From: Chiloscyllium plagiosum
Lineage: Eukaryota
Assembly: GCF_004010195.1 (NCBI RefSeq)
Contig: NC_057718.1
Coordinates: 44,423,341 to 44,487,340, forward strand
Reading direction: 5' to 3'
Length of the DNA stretch: 64,000 nt
Of the stretch, positions 14,367-27,431 are shown one piece after another. The notes below the pieces were generated by a model. It searched no databases. It was given only the letters and a program-made list of their open reading frames with translations, and was not told the DNA's origin. Position 1 is the first letter of the stretch. Every line of letters starts with the position of its first letter. Made by a program: the position numbers and the translations under genes.

Positions 14367-14795
14367 TGGCAAAGTGGCTCAGTGACTAGCACTGATACCT
14401 CACAGCACCAGTGACCCGGGTTCAATTCACCCTCGGACAACGGTCTACGTGGAGTTTGCACATTCTGCCCATGTCTGCGTGGGTCTGCTCCAATTTCCTC
14501 TCACACAGCACAGTTGTGCATGGTAGGCAGATTGGCCATGCAAAATTGTCCAGAGTGTTTTGGGACGTGCAAGCTAGGTAGATTAGCCTTGATAAATGTT
14601 GCAGGGATAGGGTAGGGAACTGAAGCTGGGTGGAATGCTGTGGTGTAAAATTATGTCCCTTGTCCAGAGTGTTTTGGGACGTGCAAGCTAGGTAGATTAG
14701 CCTTGATAAATGTTGCAGGGATAGGGTAGGGAACTGAAGCTGGGTGGAATACCCTTTGGAGTATTGGTGTGGATTTTGATGAGCCGTTGTTTTGT
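14367..14795 (+). mobile_element. HE1-type V-SINE with internal 91-bp duplication
   Basis: tRNA-like head (gtggctcagtg...gggttcaattc), V-core gtggagtttgcacattct. Confidence 0.85.
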
Positions 14796-16405
14796 CAACA
14801 GTTATAACACATACGGCACTGCAGCACACTGGGTAATCATGTAAACACAATCACCCAAATGAAATCTTATCATCATATGATTGGGTTTCCAGTGTTTTCC
14901 TAATGTTAGTAGATTCTACATGTGTGTTAATATATCAGTCAAAATAGCTGGCCATGGTGTAAGGTTTGATTGGTGTATTTTGGAAGAAATAAAGACTGTG
15001 GACATGACTGTACCAGAGGTGTACGACAGAAAAAAAGTGCCAGGTAGAGTTGAGTTTGAGACTATTGAGATGCTGAAACATAGAAGTGTTGATTATTTGT
15101 TGATTATTTGTTGAAACGTGAATGGATAGTGTCTTAAGACAGCTATAAAAGGAATGAGGATTGGATTCATGTAGAAAAGGACTGAAAACTGTACAAGTGG
15201 AGTATATGCTAAAATGGAATGTTACCATGAGTTGAGAACAAAAATGAGTTGGTGGTGACATCTGCTGACATTGCCAGAAGCTGGTTTCCTAGGCTGAATC
15301 ACAATAATACAAGGGTTGGAAGAACAGTGATGCTCAGTATGATAAGATGTCTTGTACAGCAGGGATAAGCTACATTTTTTTTGTTGTTGAGGTGACATGT
15401 TTACAAAGTCTCTATTTGAAAATAGTGACAATGAGAATACTCAAGAAATTAGAAGGGCAAAATTCCATTTGCGCTTTAAATACTTTTATACAAAACTCTT
15501 GGATCACTCATTTACATTAATGATGGAATGGTATGCAAGCTCCCAGATAAATCATTAGAAATTAGCCATCAACAATATAAAAAAAGATAAAATGACAGGA
15601 AACCTAGTGGTTGCAAAGGTCCTGTTGAGATATTAAGTTGCCCCCTTTTCCACATGATGATCAATCTACTTCAAGCAACTTTTTAATAAATCAATCAATA
15701 CATCTCCTATGGTAGTCTTGCTCTCCCATCCGTTCAATATACCTATTCAATCTAATCTTGAAAGCTGACATAAGTTCGGTACCTATTATTAATTCTGGAT
15801 ATGAATTTAACCTCAACGGTGACTGAAGAATTTTGTTTTGTCCTCAGTTTTAATATTTTTCAAAGGGTTGTTGTGCATTCAGCTGTTCATTCCAGGGTTA
15901 ACTAATGGAGACTGTCCATCTATCCTGCCCCTTTTTTTATGATTTTAAATTCTATCATATCTCTATAATAGAATGTTAACAGAAATAACCTAACCTTTCA
16001 AGTTTTTCTTTGCATTTGTACATCTATATACAACCTGCAATCACGTAATGCCTTTAACATAGTAAACAGCACAAAATACTCCATGAGAAGATCAACAAGA
16101 ACAATTATAAACCAAAATAGCTGGCAGCTTGTTAGTGGACCTGCTCAAAACCTCAACATTCTGCCTCATATTATACGCTGAGGTATTTAGTAGCACTTTT
16201 AAAAGATATGCAGAGATTCAGACAACATCAGAGTTCTCATCAGGAAAGTCAAATGCATTTTCTACTCACATTTACATTTGAAACTCTCAAGGTAGCACTT
16301 TACTGGGCTGTCCTGTAAACACCAAAGTTCTGTTGTATTTTAGCAAGTTGACTTTTGACCCCTATTTACGGGATAATATAATAAATTGCAATGAGTCTCT
16401 GGTAC

Positions 16406-16496
16406 CTGTAACAAACCACGAAGTGTGCATAAGCTACAACAATCCAGTTGTGATGACCAGCTACTATAAGAACTTTCCGAGGGTCCACCACTGTGC
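16406..16496 (-). CDS. KCTD3: KCTD3 exon 8 ([31 protein letters not shown])
   Basis: tgccag| acceptor, |gtacca donor; 91 nt; start of the WD40 region. Confidence 0.95.
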
Positions 16497-17686
16497 CTGG
16501 CAACAAAATATGCAAAAGACAAAATTATAAAATTAATTTCCTTCAAAATGTAGTTTAATTTTGTGAAATGTATAAGCATCATTACAATACCACAATGAGT
16601 AAAAACTACTTGCAATGAAATCACTGACTGTAACGTGCATTATTCTATAAGGAAACTTTAGCAACAATTTTCAACCATTTAGTCCATAGGGGAAAACAGA
16701 TAGTTGGCAGTAAGACAAAGCAGGTCTTCACAATCAAAACATTGTGTTCTTCAATCCAGAATTAATCACCTAGTGAATCAGAACTAATGTGATATACTCT
16801 GAAGAACACTATGTAATATTCATATTCCCAACCATACTTTTCATCTGATGCCACTTCAGCAGTGTTAAAATTTTACTCCTTGATTGTGTTCAAAACAAGA
16901 ACAATGCTCACGAATCCAGAGACTGTTACTGATTAAATGTTATGCTCGCCCAGAGAATGAAAATCACCTGGATATTTTCCAACTTCTCTCATGGGTACAG
17001 ACAATTTCAAAGCCTGTTAAGTACAAAAGAGAGTCCTCCAAACATGAAAAGGCCTTGATACCCTTATGCATCACTGATTGATCGACAGGTCAGATTTTGT
17101 AATCTGGTAGCTCTGCAGAGATGAGCCTCATGAGTGCATGTTAATCAATTCTTAATAGTATAGTCGTCTTATATGACCAAGACTTCATGACATCCCAATT
17201 CCATCTACAACAATCATGCATAATGATAATTATATCAATAAATTTCTATAATTTGATGCTATGCAAAAATTTTTTCAGTGCAGCACATATCAGCAACAGA
17301 AAGCCTCATCACTGGCAATGCATCCCACAGAATCATGGACAGCAGTCTTCCAGTCACCCATTCACTGCAAGCAAGTTTTGCTGTACTGGCATTGCGATGA
17401 CGCACTGTGATTTATTTTCAAACATATTCTTGAAATTAACATTTTTCTTTACAAAGAGGGTAAGTATGATTTAAGGAACAACATGGTTAATAATGTGAGC
17501 TATATTATGAGCATTTAATAATTTATTGAAAGCAACTTCTGATCAAATAATGTCCAAATCAAAGAAAGGAAACATATGATTGAAAAGCAGATGACGGAGT
17601 GGTGCAATCATAAGCGTTTAGCCAGGCTATTAACGGATAAGCATTTGCACGTGTGTTTTAGAAGAAAAAGTAAACAGCTCTCTCAC

Positions 17687-17836
17687 CTAATCTGGCAGAC
17701 CCTTCGGTTGAGATGACTCCAGCCGACACAGAAGGAGCTGTATTTGAGCGACTTGTACCTTCTGCTGTGCTCTGTCCAGCTTTACTCTCCTGTGAGGGTC
17801 CGGTAACTCCAATACTTCCTTTTCTACTGGGAATAG
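17687..17836 (-). CDS. KCTD3: KCTD3 exon 7 (low-complexity linker AIPSRKGSIG...EGSARL)
   Basis: ctcctag| acceptor, |gtgaga donor; 150 nt, phase 1-1, no stop; IPSRK and RLG anchors match KCTD3. Confidence 0.9.
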   Translation of the reverse strand, partial: LFPVEKEVLELPDPHRRVKLDRAQQKVQVAQIQLLLCRLESSQPKGLPD

Positions 17837-17959
17837 CTAGGAGATTTAAACACATCATTCTTTAGCTATATAAAAAGGTAGAATATGAAAACATTCTCCT
17901 AATACGAAAGTAGAAAATAGCCTGAAGAGAGCATTCAGGCTCACCAGATACAATAGAGG

Positions 17960-18080
17960 AGCAAATTTCTGCAGATCCTAGAATCTGTACGGAGCTCTGA
18001 CGAAGTTATCTAGACTTGAAACCTTAGCTTGCTGTCCCTCCATGGATGCTGTCTGAGCCATTGTGCTTTCCAGCATTTGC
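17960..18080 (+). mobile_element. Older PLE-type short element with degenerate hammerhead (17993-18029)
   Basis: AGCU-CUGACGA-AGUU-aucua-GACU-U-GAA-ACCU-U-AGCU followed by a ggatgctg...tttccagca tail. Confidence 0.6.
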
Positions 18081-19039
18081 CACATAAATTCAGTTAGTTT
18101 TGTCTAGGTTCTCCACTACTCTGTTCTTTTCCTTCAAAGAATAGTCACAATCAGTGTCACTTTCCAAGCACCTTACATTCTATCTAACACTGTATTTAGA
18201 ATCACCTAAACTGCTGACAAGTGTTCCTCGTTCCAACATTTTCCCGATACTTGGACGCAGCACACTTTGAAATAAATTTGAACTTTATAACATTTTAATT
18301 GACAAAATATACTCTTGTACATCTCATTAAAGACTGGAAGGGCAAATTCTGTGTTCTGACCCCTGGGGATTGGGTGAGGGGCAGTGATGGTAGTGGTGGC
18401 AGTGGCATGTAAAACAGGCCCAACAGCAAGCCCAGCACTTCTGTGCCCACTTCCTAGTTCGATTTTATATGCACAGTTTGTGAGCCTCAATGTGAAGCTA
18501 TCCGTCACATACAATTAAACAGATCAAGGGTTTTTCAGGCTTGTAAGAAGCCTATTGACTTAAATAATAAAGCTACCCACCCAAAAAATATAGCTAGCGC
18601 GAATGAGTGAGTGAGCAGGCCATATTTACTGGCCCAAGAAAGAAATGGCAGGAAGGGGACTACACAACATTCAGGATACATACATACACAAGAGACACCC
18701 AGAAGATGTCATTGTCTACCTTCCACATGACCACCGCCCCTTACCCCACTCATTGTGCTCTAGGTGTTTTCCTTGCCTTAAAACGCAAAGACTTCCCTAT
18801 CTGGGATAGCTATGGCATTCCTCAGGCTTCTTCAGGTGTTTGGGGTGTGAAGAAAGGAAGACTGACAGCATTTGAGATACAAGAGTGGCCAATAATGTCA
18901 GGCTGAAAGAGGGAGGCTGAGCACTGTTGCAGTCAGGAAGGGGGTTTCAGAATGACTGGAGTTGAACACTGAGGTTCAGAGACTGAGAATACTCATGAAT
19001 GGAGGAGGGAGTGGACATTTTCAGAACTAAAAAGAGTGA

Positions 19040-20510
19040 CGTACAGCATGGAAACAGACCCTTCGGTCCAATTCAGATATTCTAAATTAGTGTACTCCCA
19101 GCATTTAGTCCATATCACTCGAACCACCCATCCAAATGCCTTTTAAAATATTGCAATTGTACCAACATCCACCACTTCCCCAGGCAGCTCATTCCAGACA
19201 TGCACCATCCTCTGTGTGAAAATGCCCTTTAGGATCCTTTTAATTCTTTCCCCTTATCTTCAACCTATGCCCTCTAGTTTTGGATTCCCCCACCCCTGGG
19301 ATAAAAAAACCTTGTCTATTTACGCTATCCACGCTCTGCATCATTTTATAAATTGTTATAATGTTGCAACTAAGACTCCAACACTCCAGGAAAGTTAGCC
19401 CTAGTCTATTCAGCCTCTCGCTATAGCTCAAACCCTACAACTCTGATAGCATCCTTGTAAATCTTTTCAAGTTCTACAACATCTTTCCTATAGCATGGAG
19501 ACCAGAATTACACGCAATAGTCCATAAGTGGCGTAACCAATAGCCTGCGCAGCCACAACATGACCTCCCAACTCCTATGCTCTGATCAATAAAGGGAAGA
19601 ATTCAAACACCTTTTTCACTATCCTGTCTACCTGTGACTCTACTTTCAAGGAACTATGAACCTGCACTCAGTTCAGCAACACTCCTCCACGACGTTCCCA
19701 TTAAGTGTAAAAGTCCTGCCGTGATTTGCCTTTCCAAAATGCAGCATCTCACATTTATCTAAATTAAACTCCATCTGCCACTCCTAAGCCCATTAGCCCA
19801 ACTGATCAAGATCCTGTTGTAATTTGAGGTAACCTTCTTCACTGTCCACTACACCTCCAATTTTGGGGTCATCTGCAAATGTACTAACCATACCTCCTAT
19901 GTTCACATCCAAATCATTTATAGAAATGAGGAAAAGTAGTGGACCCAGCATTGATCCTTGTGGCACTCCACTGGTCACAGGCCTCCAGTCTGAAAAGCAA
20001 CCCTCCACCACCACCCTGTCTTCTACCTCTGAGTCAGTTCTGTATCCAAATGGCTAGTTCTCCTTGTATTCTACGTGATCTAACCATGCTAACCAGTCTA
20101 CCATGAAGAAGCTCGTCAAATGCCTTACTGACATCCACATAGATCACATCCACCGCTCTGCCCTCAGAAAGCTTCTTCGTTACTTCTTCAAAAAGTTCAA
20201 TTATGAGACACACTCATCTTACGCACAAAGTCATGTTAACTATTCCTAATCAGTCCTTTTCTTTCCAAATACATATAAATCCTGTCCCTCAAGATTCTCT
20301 CCAACAACTTGGCCAGCACTGATGTCAGGCTCATAGAAACATCACTGGCTTTTCCTTACCACCTTTAAATAGTGGCACCATGTTAGCCAACATCCAGTCT
20401 TCCAGCACCTCACCTGAGGCTATCGATGATATAACTATCTCAATAAGGAGCCCAGCAATCAATTCCCTAGTTTCCGACGGAGTCCTAGGGAACACCTAAT
20501 CAGATCCCAG
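19040..20510 (-). mobile_element. CR1 LINE RT to 3' end
   Basis: VTSGVPQGSMLGPLLF, FADDPKIGG, ERLNRLGL. Confidence 0.92.
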
Positions 20511-22315
20511 AGGTTGAATATTTTCAAAAATAAAATAGAAATTACCGAAAAATCTCATTGAAGAACAGAAATTAAGAGTTACTATTTCAGATCCAGTGCC
20601 CCTTCTTCAGAAGTGCCCTGCACGTTTTCAGTGCATGACGATAAAAGATGCATGGCTTCACTAAAATGACACTCATCACTTGATCTCCTAACTCTGGTCA
20701 TCATTGCTAACCTGCTGGTGTTGGTGCCAGAAAGTAAAATGTTCTAATGTAAAATGATAAGTGGGGTTGTCAGTGGGACAGGCAAACATACCTCCCTAAT
20801 CACATGTAGCTCATTAAAAACTATACAGCTCCTTGAAAGTCCAGTCAACATTTTATATGATGTACTCCCATGTCCATGGCTGTCCACGTAAAACATGTCT
20901 AACTGCAACTATAGAAAGATGGAGACCGCATGGGCAAGGAAGAGAGAAAGCAATACTGGTTAAAATAACATTCTTAATAACTTAAATTACTCCACAGTGA
21001 CACTTAGTGGTCAGACCATGTAACCGTGTATGGATTTCTTAGCTGTGAATCTTGCATAATGTTAACATTGAAGTCCTCTATCACATTGCCATCTACAGGT
21101 ACAATCATTACTTAAACATGATGCAAGTTTTATCATTGATTTTGTCATGCATAGAGGCAGACAAAGGATTCTTCAATGTCATTGATTGTTTGGGGCCAAT
21201 CATCTTAATTCTCAACAGCTGAGTTCAGAATCAAAACATTACATTTTAATCACCAAAGATAAAACAGCAGCTGATAGACAACCCATCAAAAATCCTGAAA
21301 CCTTATTAGCGAACAATAGATGCAACTAGGAGCAATACTTCTGGTCATGTTCTTTATCTTGCCATAATCTGCCCGTTAACGTTAACTGGTAGTTACTTTC
21401 TGAATTGAATGGGTAAAGTTCAAATCATGTGTGAAGTCTGGGTACAAATTATTCCTTCCAAACTTCAACTCGATTGGATTCTAATCTCAAACTAATGATT
21501 GCAGGAAATGCCTTTGTGCTTCAATAGCAGTTTGTGTTTCTATAGTTGCTTTAACATTACAAAGATTATTCCCAAATCAAAATTTGACACCAAGTGAGAG
21601 GAGGAACAAATCAGAACAGATTGGTCAAATAGGTAGTTATTAAGAAGCACTTTAAAAGGAGAAAGAAGTTGAGAGGCAGAGGGCTTTAAAAGGGCTGGGG
21701 TGGTTGAATTTGTAGACAGCAGTGGCTGAGGCGTTTCAATCAACGACGAAACTAGGTGTCAACAGTGGAGGAGTGCAGAGATTTCAGAAGTTTGAAAGAC
21801 TTGGAGAAGGCTCGAAATAGTACAGGATAAGGCCAGCACAGGATTTATAAAGGATGAGAATTTAGACATTGAGGTTTTCCCAAATTAAAATATAGTTCTA
21901 AAATTTAGCTTTGTTGATTTTTTAAACCTGCATAATGAAGCCTTTGTGGTCAAATGTCAAACACTAACGCAAAGTAGTGGAGTTGAAACACACTTCAGGT
22001 GCTCTTTCAGTCTGACTGACACAAATTTTCTTTCGGTAGCAGTGGCAAGACGTGTGTTAATGGACAAAATAAAGATTTAAAATAAGGACAATGATAGCAC
22101 TATCATCTTTCACTCTTCCCACGAGAACAAAATGAAGCATAAATAAACATGAAAATATAATGAACATTAGTAGCCTGTATATTTATGAAGTGATGGTACA
22201 TTACTTATTAATGATAGACGTCAAAAGTTGATGTGGTACAAAGAGAATAGTATTAGCAGAGCCATGGTCACACTCTTGAAAAAACTCAGTTCCAGCTTAA
22301 AATAAAAAAATGTAC

Positions 22316-22396
22316 CTGGAGGCGGCAGATAGCCGTGGAAGAGGACACTGCCACAAGATGATCTCTCAAGTTCTTCACACAGCAACAGACGACGAA
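22316..22396 (-). CDS. KCTD3: KCTD3 exon 6 ([27 protein letters not shown])
   Basis: acttag| acceptor, |gtacat donor; 81 nt; peptide visible inside ORF-track entry 22221..22427. Confidence 0.96.
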
Positions 22397-24559
22397 CTAA
22401 GTACATAAATAATTTTGTATAAAGCATTTGATTTCATCTAATTACCTTTTCAAATAATTTATGTAACATATTTAACAAATAGATTTATTTTTCATTTAAA
22501 ACAAGCAACTACATTGGTAAGTGACAATAAGGATGTCTCAAAAATAAAACAATGCTTCAACTGCACATTTAAAAAACATTCCAAGAAAGGGAAAAAAGTC
22601 TAATCTAAAAATTTAATCCAAGCAAAATTTAAATCTTGGTTTATAGTAAATGTCAAGCCCTTTTTAAAAAAAAATTCAATACTAAAAACCAAAAAGCTCA
22701 AGGGGATTAAAACATTTAAGGAAAAAAATGCACATTTGAACAGGAATATATTCTCTTCAAGGGAACCTTTATGAATGGACTCAATTCTATGGATGACTTG
22801 TGCCATACCATTTTGATCCATACTAGGATAGTCTATTTGTAAGTGTTGGTAGCAAATTTGGAAGTGATGTTTTATGTAATAGAAAATTATAATATTTAAA
22901 ATTAAGAAATTAAGTTCTGGATCAAGGTCATAATGGATCAAGGAATGCAGGCGTCACTGGCTGGACTAATGGCTGCTCATTAGATGGGGTCAGTGAACCG
23001 TTTTTTTTGAACTGCTGCATTTGTTTGCTGTGGATAAATTGCAATGGAGTTTCAGGATTGTGCCTCAGCAACAGTCAAGAAACAGCAATATATTTCTCAG
23101 TCAGGGTGGTAAGTGGCTTGGAAGAGAACATGCAGGCGGTGGTGTTACTGAATTTCTACGTGCATCTTGTAAATTATATGCACTGCTGCTACTGAGCATC
23201 AGAGGTAAAGAGAGTGAATGCACGTGGATACAATGCCAATCAAGCTGCTGCTTTGTCCTGCAACGTGTGCAGCCTCTCAACTGCAAATGGAAATATACTC
23301 ATGCAGGCAAGAGGGGAAGATTCCAGCATACTCCTGACATGTGCACAGTGGATGATGGACAATGATGGTTCTTCGGAGTCCGGATGAGAGTTACCCTTGA
23401 ATGTCAAAAGGCAACATTTAGATTCTCTTTTGTTGAGGTGATCATTGCCTGGCACTTGTGTATTAATTCATGTCCAAATGAAGCATGATCAGGAAAGTTG
23501 AAAGTGATGCTGAACATTTCACAATCAACAAGCATCCCCACTTCTGACCATATGAATGGACAGAAGATCATTGATGAAGTAAAAAATGGTTTGGCCTAGT
23601 ACACTAACTCAAGGAACTTCAGAACTATATAATACAGGTTTTCAACAGAATTGAAAGAGGGAAGCTGAACAAAATCAGGAAACTGATTAGTTGACATTAT
23701 CACAGATTGCAGGAAAAAGGGACAGAGAAAAACAAGTTCCAAAATTGTCAAGATTTGAGGTCATAGTAAAGAAAAATATGAGGTTGAGGAGTTGATTGCG
23801 AACAGAAAAGATGTAAAACATCACACTGGACTTTTAAATGCTTCTGTGTTTATTCTAGAGATTGAAAGGTGAAAGCAAGCAAGGGATTAGACTCATCAGT
23901 TGACAAGCTTTTTTTGTAAAGCTGTTAGAACGGCTTCTCCAAAAACTGGAGGAACATTTAAGTATGCAAGTTTGAATAATCTTGGGGTTTTAAAGTAAGT
24001 TGACAACAGGTGAAGGTAAAATGAAATGTTTGGCACAAAACAGAAAATCAAGACATACAGGGATTTTGCGACGAAGAAGAGTCCTTCAGTTAAGTCAGAT
24101 GTAATAGTGAAGAATGAGTAAACGAAGAAAGAATGAATCAACGAAAGAAAGAATGGTTCTTGATCAAAGTGGCTTGTTGGGTCATTTCAAAAGGGATGCA
24201 TGTTGTTTATTAATTACTGACTTTTACGTTCCTTTATTTCATTGGACCAGACCCAGATAAAACAATGGAAATGAATTTACAAAAAATTGAATATAATTGC
24301 TGTAAATTAACCAAGCTCCAAATTGCAAGTTGACGCACTGGAAGGGCCCATAAAAAGTGATGAATGCAAGTACAGCACTGTGATAGGCATCAAAAAGTAA
24401 ACAGACTGTATATGCTATTGAGACATAGGCCTAAAATAACGTTCTGCTTTCCTATTAAAAAGTACTTCAGGTAACATTCATGGTTCAAAGCGAAGGGTTA
24501 GATCAATAGAGAGAAAATAGACTGTTCAGTTTCATTTAAAAGATAATCCTACATCCTAC

Positions 24560-24618
24560 CTAAAGGAGTAATCCCATAAAATTCTGCCTCATGTCTCAGA
24601 ACATTGATGTTTACTCCC
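24560..24618 (-). CDS. KCTD3: KCTD3 exon 5 ([19 protein letters not shown])
   Basis: ttgcag| acceptor, |gtagga donor; 59 nt; EAEFYG motif closes the BTB domain. Confidence 0.95.
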
Positions 24619-25479
24619 CTGCAAGATAAGGAAAACATACAAGCAATTATTTTTAATCAACATTTCAAAAAAAAAGTCAAAAAATGAAATGCATCAAATT
24701 AGGAATTCACTATTTCGGATAGCTGTGGATGTTCAATCATTAAGTACATACAAGGGTAAGATTAATAGATACTTAGAGTTGAAGGGGATCTCAGAATTTC
24801 TCTATCGTTGGGGAGAAAAACAAAAATGAGCGAATGCTGAGGATGTGCCATAATTTTATTAAAAGACAGTTAGCATAAGGAGTTATATAGCCTATTCCGG
24901 CTTCTATTTCTTATGTTCTTTTATGGTGCCTCCAGAAGACTTTTCAAGATCGGCAAAGATATTATGTGCACTTTTTAGTCATAATGAATGCAAACGTAGC
25001 ATTTCATGTGTATAAAGTAAAATCTCATCAGCCCGAAATGAGATCTGTCTATTGCTCATTATTTTTGGTGACAGTGACTGAAGGATTAATGTTAGCCAAA
25101 AATTTGGGAAAACTTGACTATTCTTTCAATAGATCTTTGATATCTACTAGTACTACTAGAACAGGCAGACAGCACCTTGATATAATGTTTAAGAGGCATA
25201 CACAGTTCTGGACTCGGCATGACATGTTCAAAGAAAGAAGAACAACAGAATATGTTTAAGAATCAATTAGAATTAACTGCTTTAATGACATAATGACTAA
25301 GTTGGGGTGGTCCACAGGCTTTCCAACAATAATCACAATGTAGGGTGAAATACAAAAAAAAACACTGGTGCTTGTGATAAAGGCACATAACTGTTCAAAG
25401 CTGAATAGCAGATCAGATGTTTGAACAACACAAAGAATGGCAAAGACTAACTACAATACTAACCAGGAGAAAAAAAAAA

Positions 25480-26480
25480 TTAGAGCGCAAGTAGTTGTCA
25501 ATTAAAAGGTAAATACAGTTAACAGTTTCTACAGATATGTAAAAATGAAGTGAGCAAAGTGAGTGTTCGTGCTGTAAAGAAAGATTGGGGAGTTTGGGAA
25601 TTTATACTAGACAATGAAGAAATGGCAGATAAAGAAACATCTTGCTTCCATGATCACGTTAGAGGATACAAACATATACCAGTCAGTAACAGCTGTAAAT
25701 CAGGCAATGAAATGCAGAATTCACGATGAGTAAAGGGGAGCCTGCAGATGTACTGTAATTGGATATCTAGAAGCATTTGACAAGGTTGTCAGTGCTAAGT
25801 TGTTGCATAAAGTTGGAATATATAGAGAAGGAAACAACATGCTGTGTTAGCATGGATAGAAAATCTGTCAGCTAATAGAAATGGATCTTTTTTCTGGTGG
25901 GCAGAATGTGACAACTGGTATCTCTCAGGAGTCAGCGCGAGGGATTCAGTCATGGAAGTTGTTGCACAGGTACAGCTAATAATTAGATAATTCTCTCTTC
26001 TTATTATGAGAGGAACGGAATATAAAAGAAATATGTTATGCTTTAGTTGTATAGTGTACTAGTGAGACTTCATCTCCAAGATTGCATAACGTTTAGGCCT
26101 CTTTATTTATGGAAGGACACCTGGAATAAACAAGTTGTCTTATGAAGAACAATTTGACAGACTGGGCTTGTTTCTACTGGAGTTTACAGGAGTGAGGAGT
26201 AAATTGGTTGAAGATTATAAAATCCTTAATGATCTTAGAGAGGCTCATGTGGTAAGGTTGTGGGTGAGCCCAGAACTGGGGAGCACTGTTTAAAAATTAG
26301 GTGGCACCCTGTGGGACAGAGATAAGAATTCTTTTCTGAGGGTTGAGTAACATTGGAACCCTCTGCCTCAAGTGTTGGTGCAGGCAGGTTGATGGAATAT
26401 TTTAAGATAGATTTTTACTGGAAAAAAAGAAGCAAATGTGATCGGGGTAGATGGAAATTTCTATGTAGTCAAATGAGAGC
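25480..26480 (+). mobile_element. Degraded CR1 LINE
   Basis: AFDKV, SQESA (PQGS-like), LDRLGLFLLE segments. Confidence 0.65.
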
Positions 26481-27357
26481 CTGGACAGGAACTGTAGGAA
26501 TTATCACAAATATACACTTTTGTTATTTGGTATCTTTAAAGGCTGCAGTTTATTGTCTCAAAATGAAGCTTACCCATAGCTACGTACTTAAACCCATTCA
26601 CTCCACAGAGGTTTAAAGTAGTAACAATACAACATGTAACTTATATTTCAATCTTGTACCATGCAGAGCAATTATCTTCTGATTAATGCGATGGATTGTG
26701 AACAAATAAATATTAATTCAAGACAAGAACGTGCCCGTGGAATAAGTGGGAAACAAAAAAGTAAATTTTGCACACAAATGAAATTTTAAAAAAAATACTA
26801 AATTTGATCTGTGCAACTTCAAACTTGTTGACTAGACAGTTGCAACTGTTCCTAATAATCAGCTTATAGAATTCCCAATACAATGACATTTATCTCTGAA
26901 AAAGGAGAGAGAATAAAATAGCAGTATACAGGTTTGGGAGACTTGGTTAGGCCATAAGTTGATTGCAGATCTCTTCCTTGTCACTAAGATTGCCATTCTC
27001 TTTATGGTTTAAAGGTCTACACTTACACAGCCTCAAATTCTGATTCGAAATTAATACTCTAGATTTGTTTTCAGACATTCTGAGCATCTAATGCAAAGAC
27101 CATGGGGAAAATCATCTTTGATCTCTATGTGTACTGAAATCATAATTGCGTTCTCATTTTGCTATGAAGCATTTTGCTACAAGTATTGAAGAATACCAAA
27201 CTTTTCTCAAGTGTGCAGATATCTGACTGGGACTCATTTCAAGATAAACCCTTGAATTGTGTTTTGAGGAGAATTAAATTTATCCTTCTGTCAGGACCTG
27301 CTGAACTACGGTAGCATTTGCATTATTACTTTTGAGATAAGGAAAGCTTTCTCTTAC

Positions 27358-27431
27358 CTTAAATCTAATTCTTTTGTTCGAAGAAAGTTCAGAATTGGTG
27401 CAAATGCTGTAGGATCTCTATCAATAAATAT
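27358..27431 (-). CDS. KCTD3: KCTD3 exon 4 (IFIDRDPTAFAPILNFLRTKELDLR)
   Basis: ctatag| acceptor, |gtaaga donor; 74 nt; FIDRD motif of KCTD BTB domains. Confidence 0.96.
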
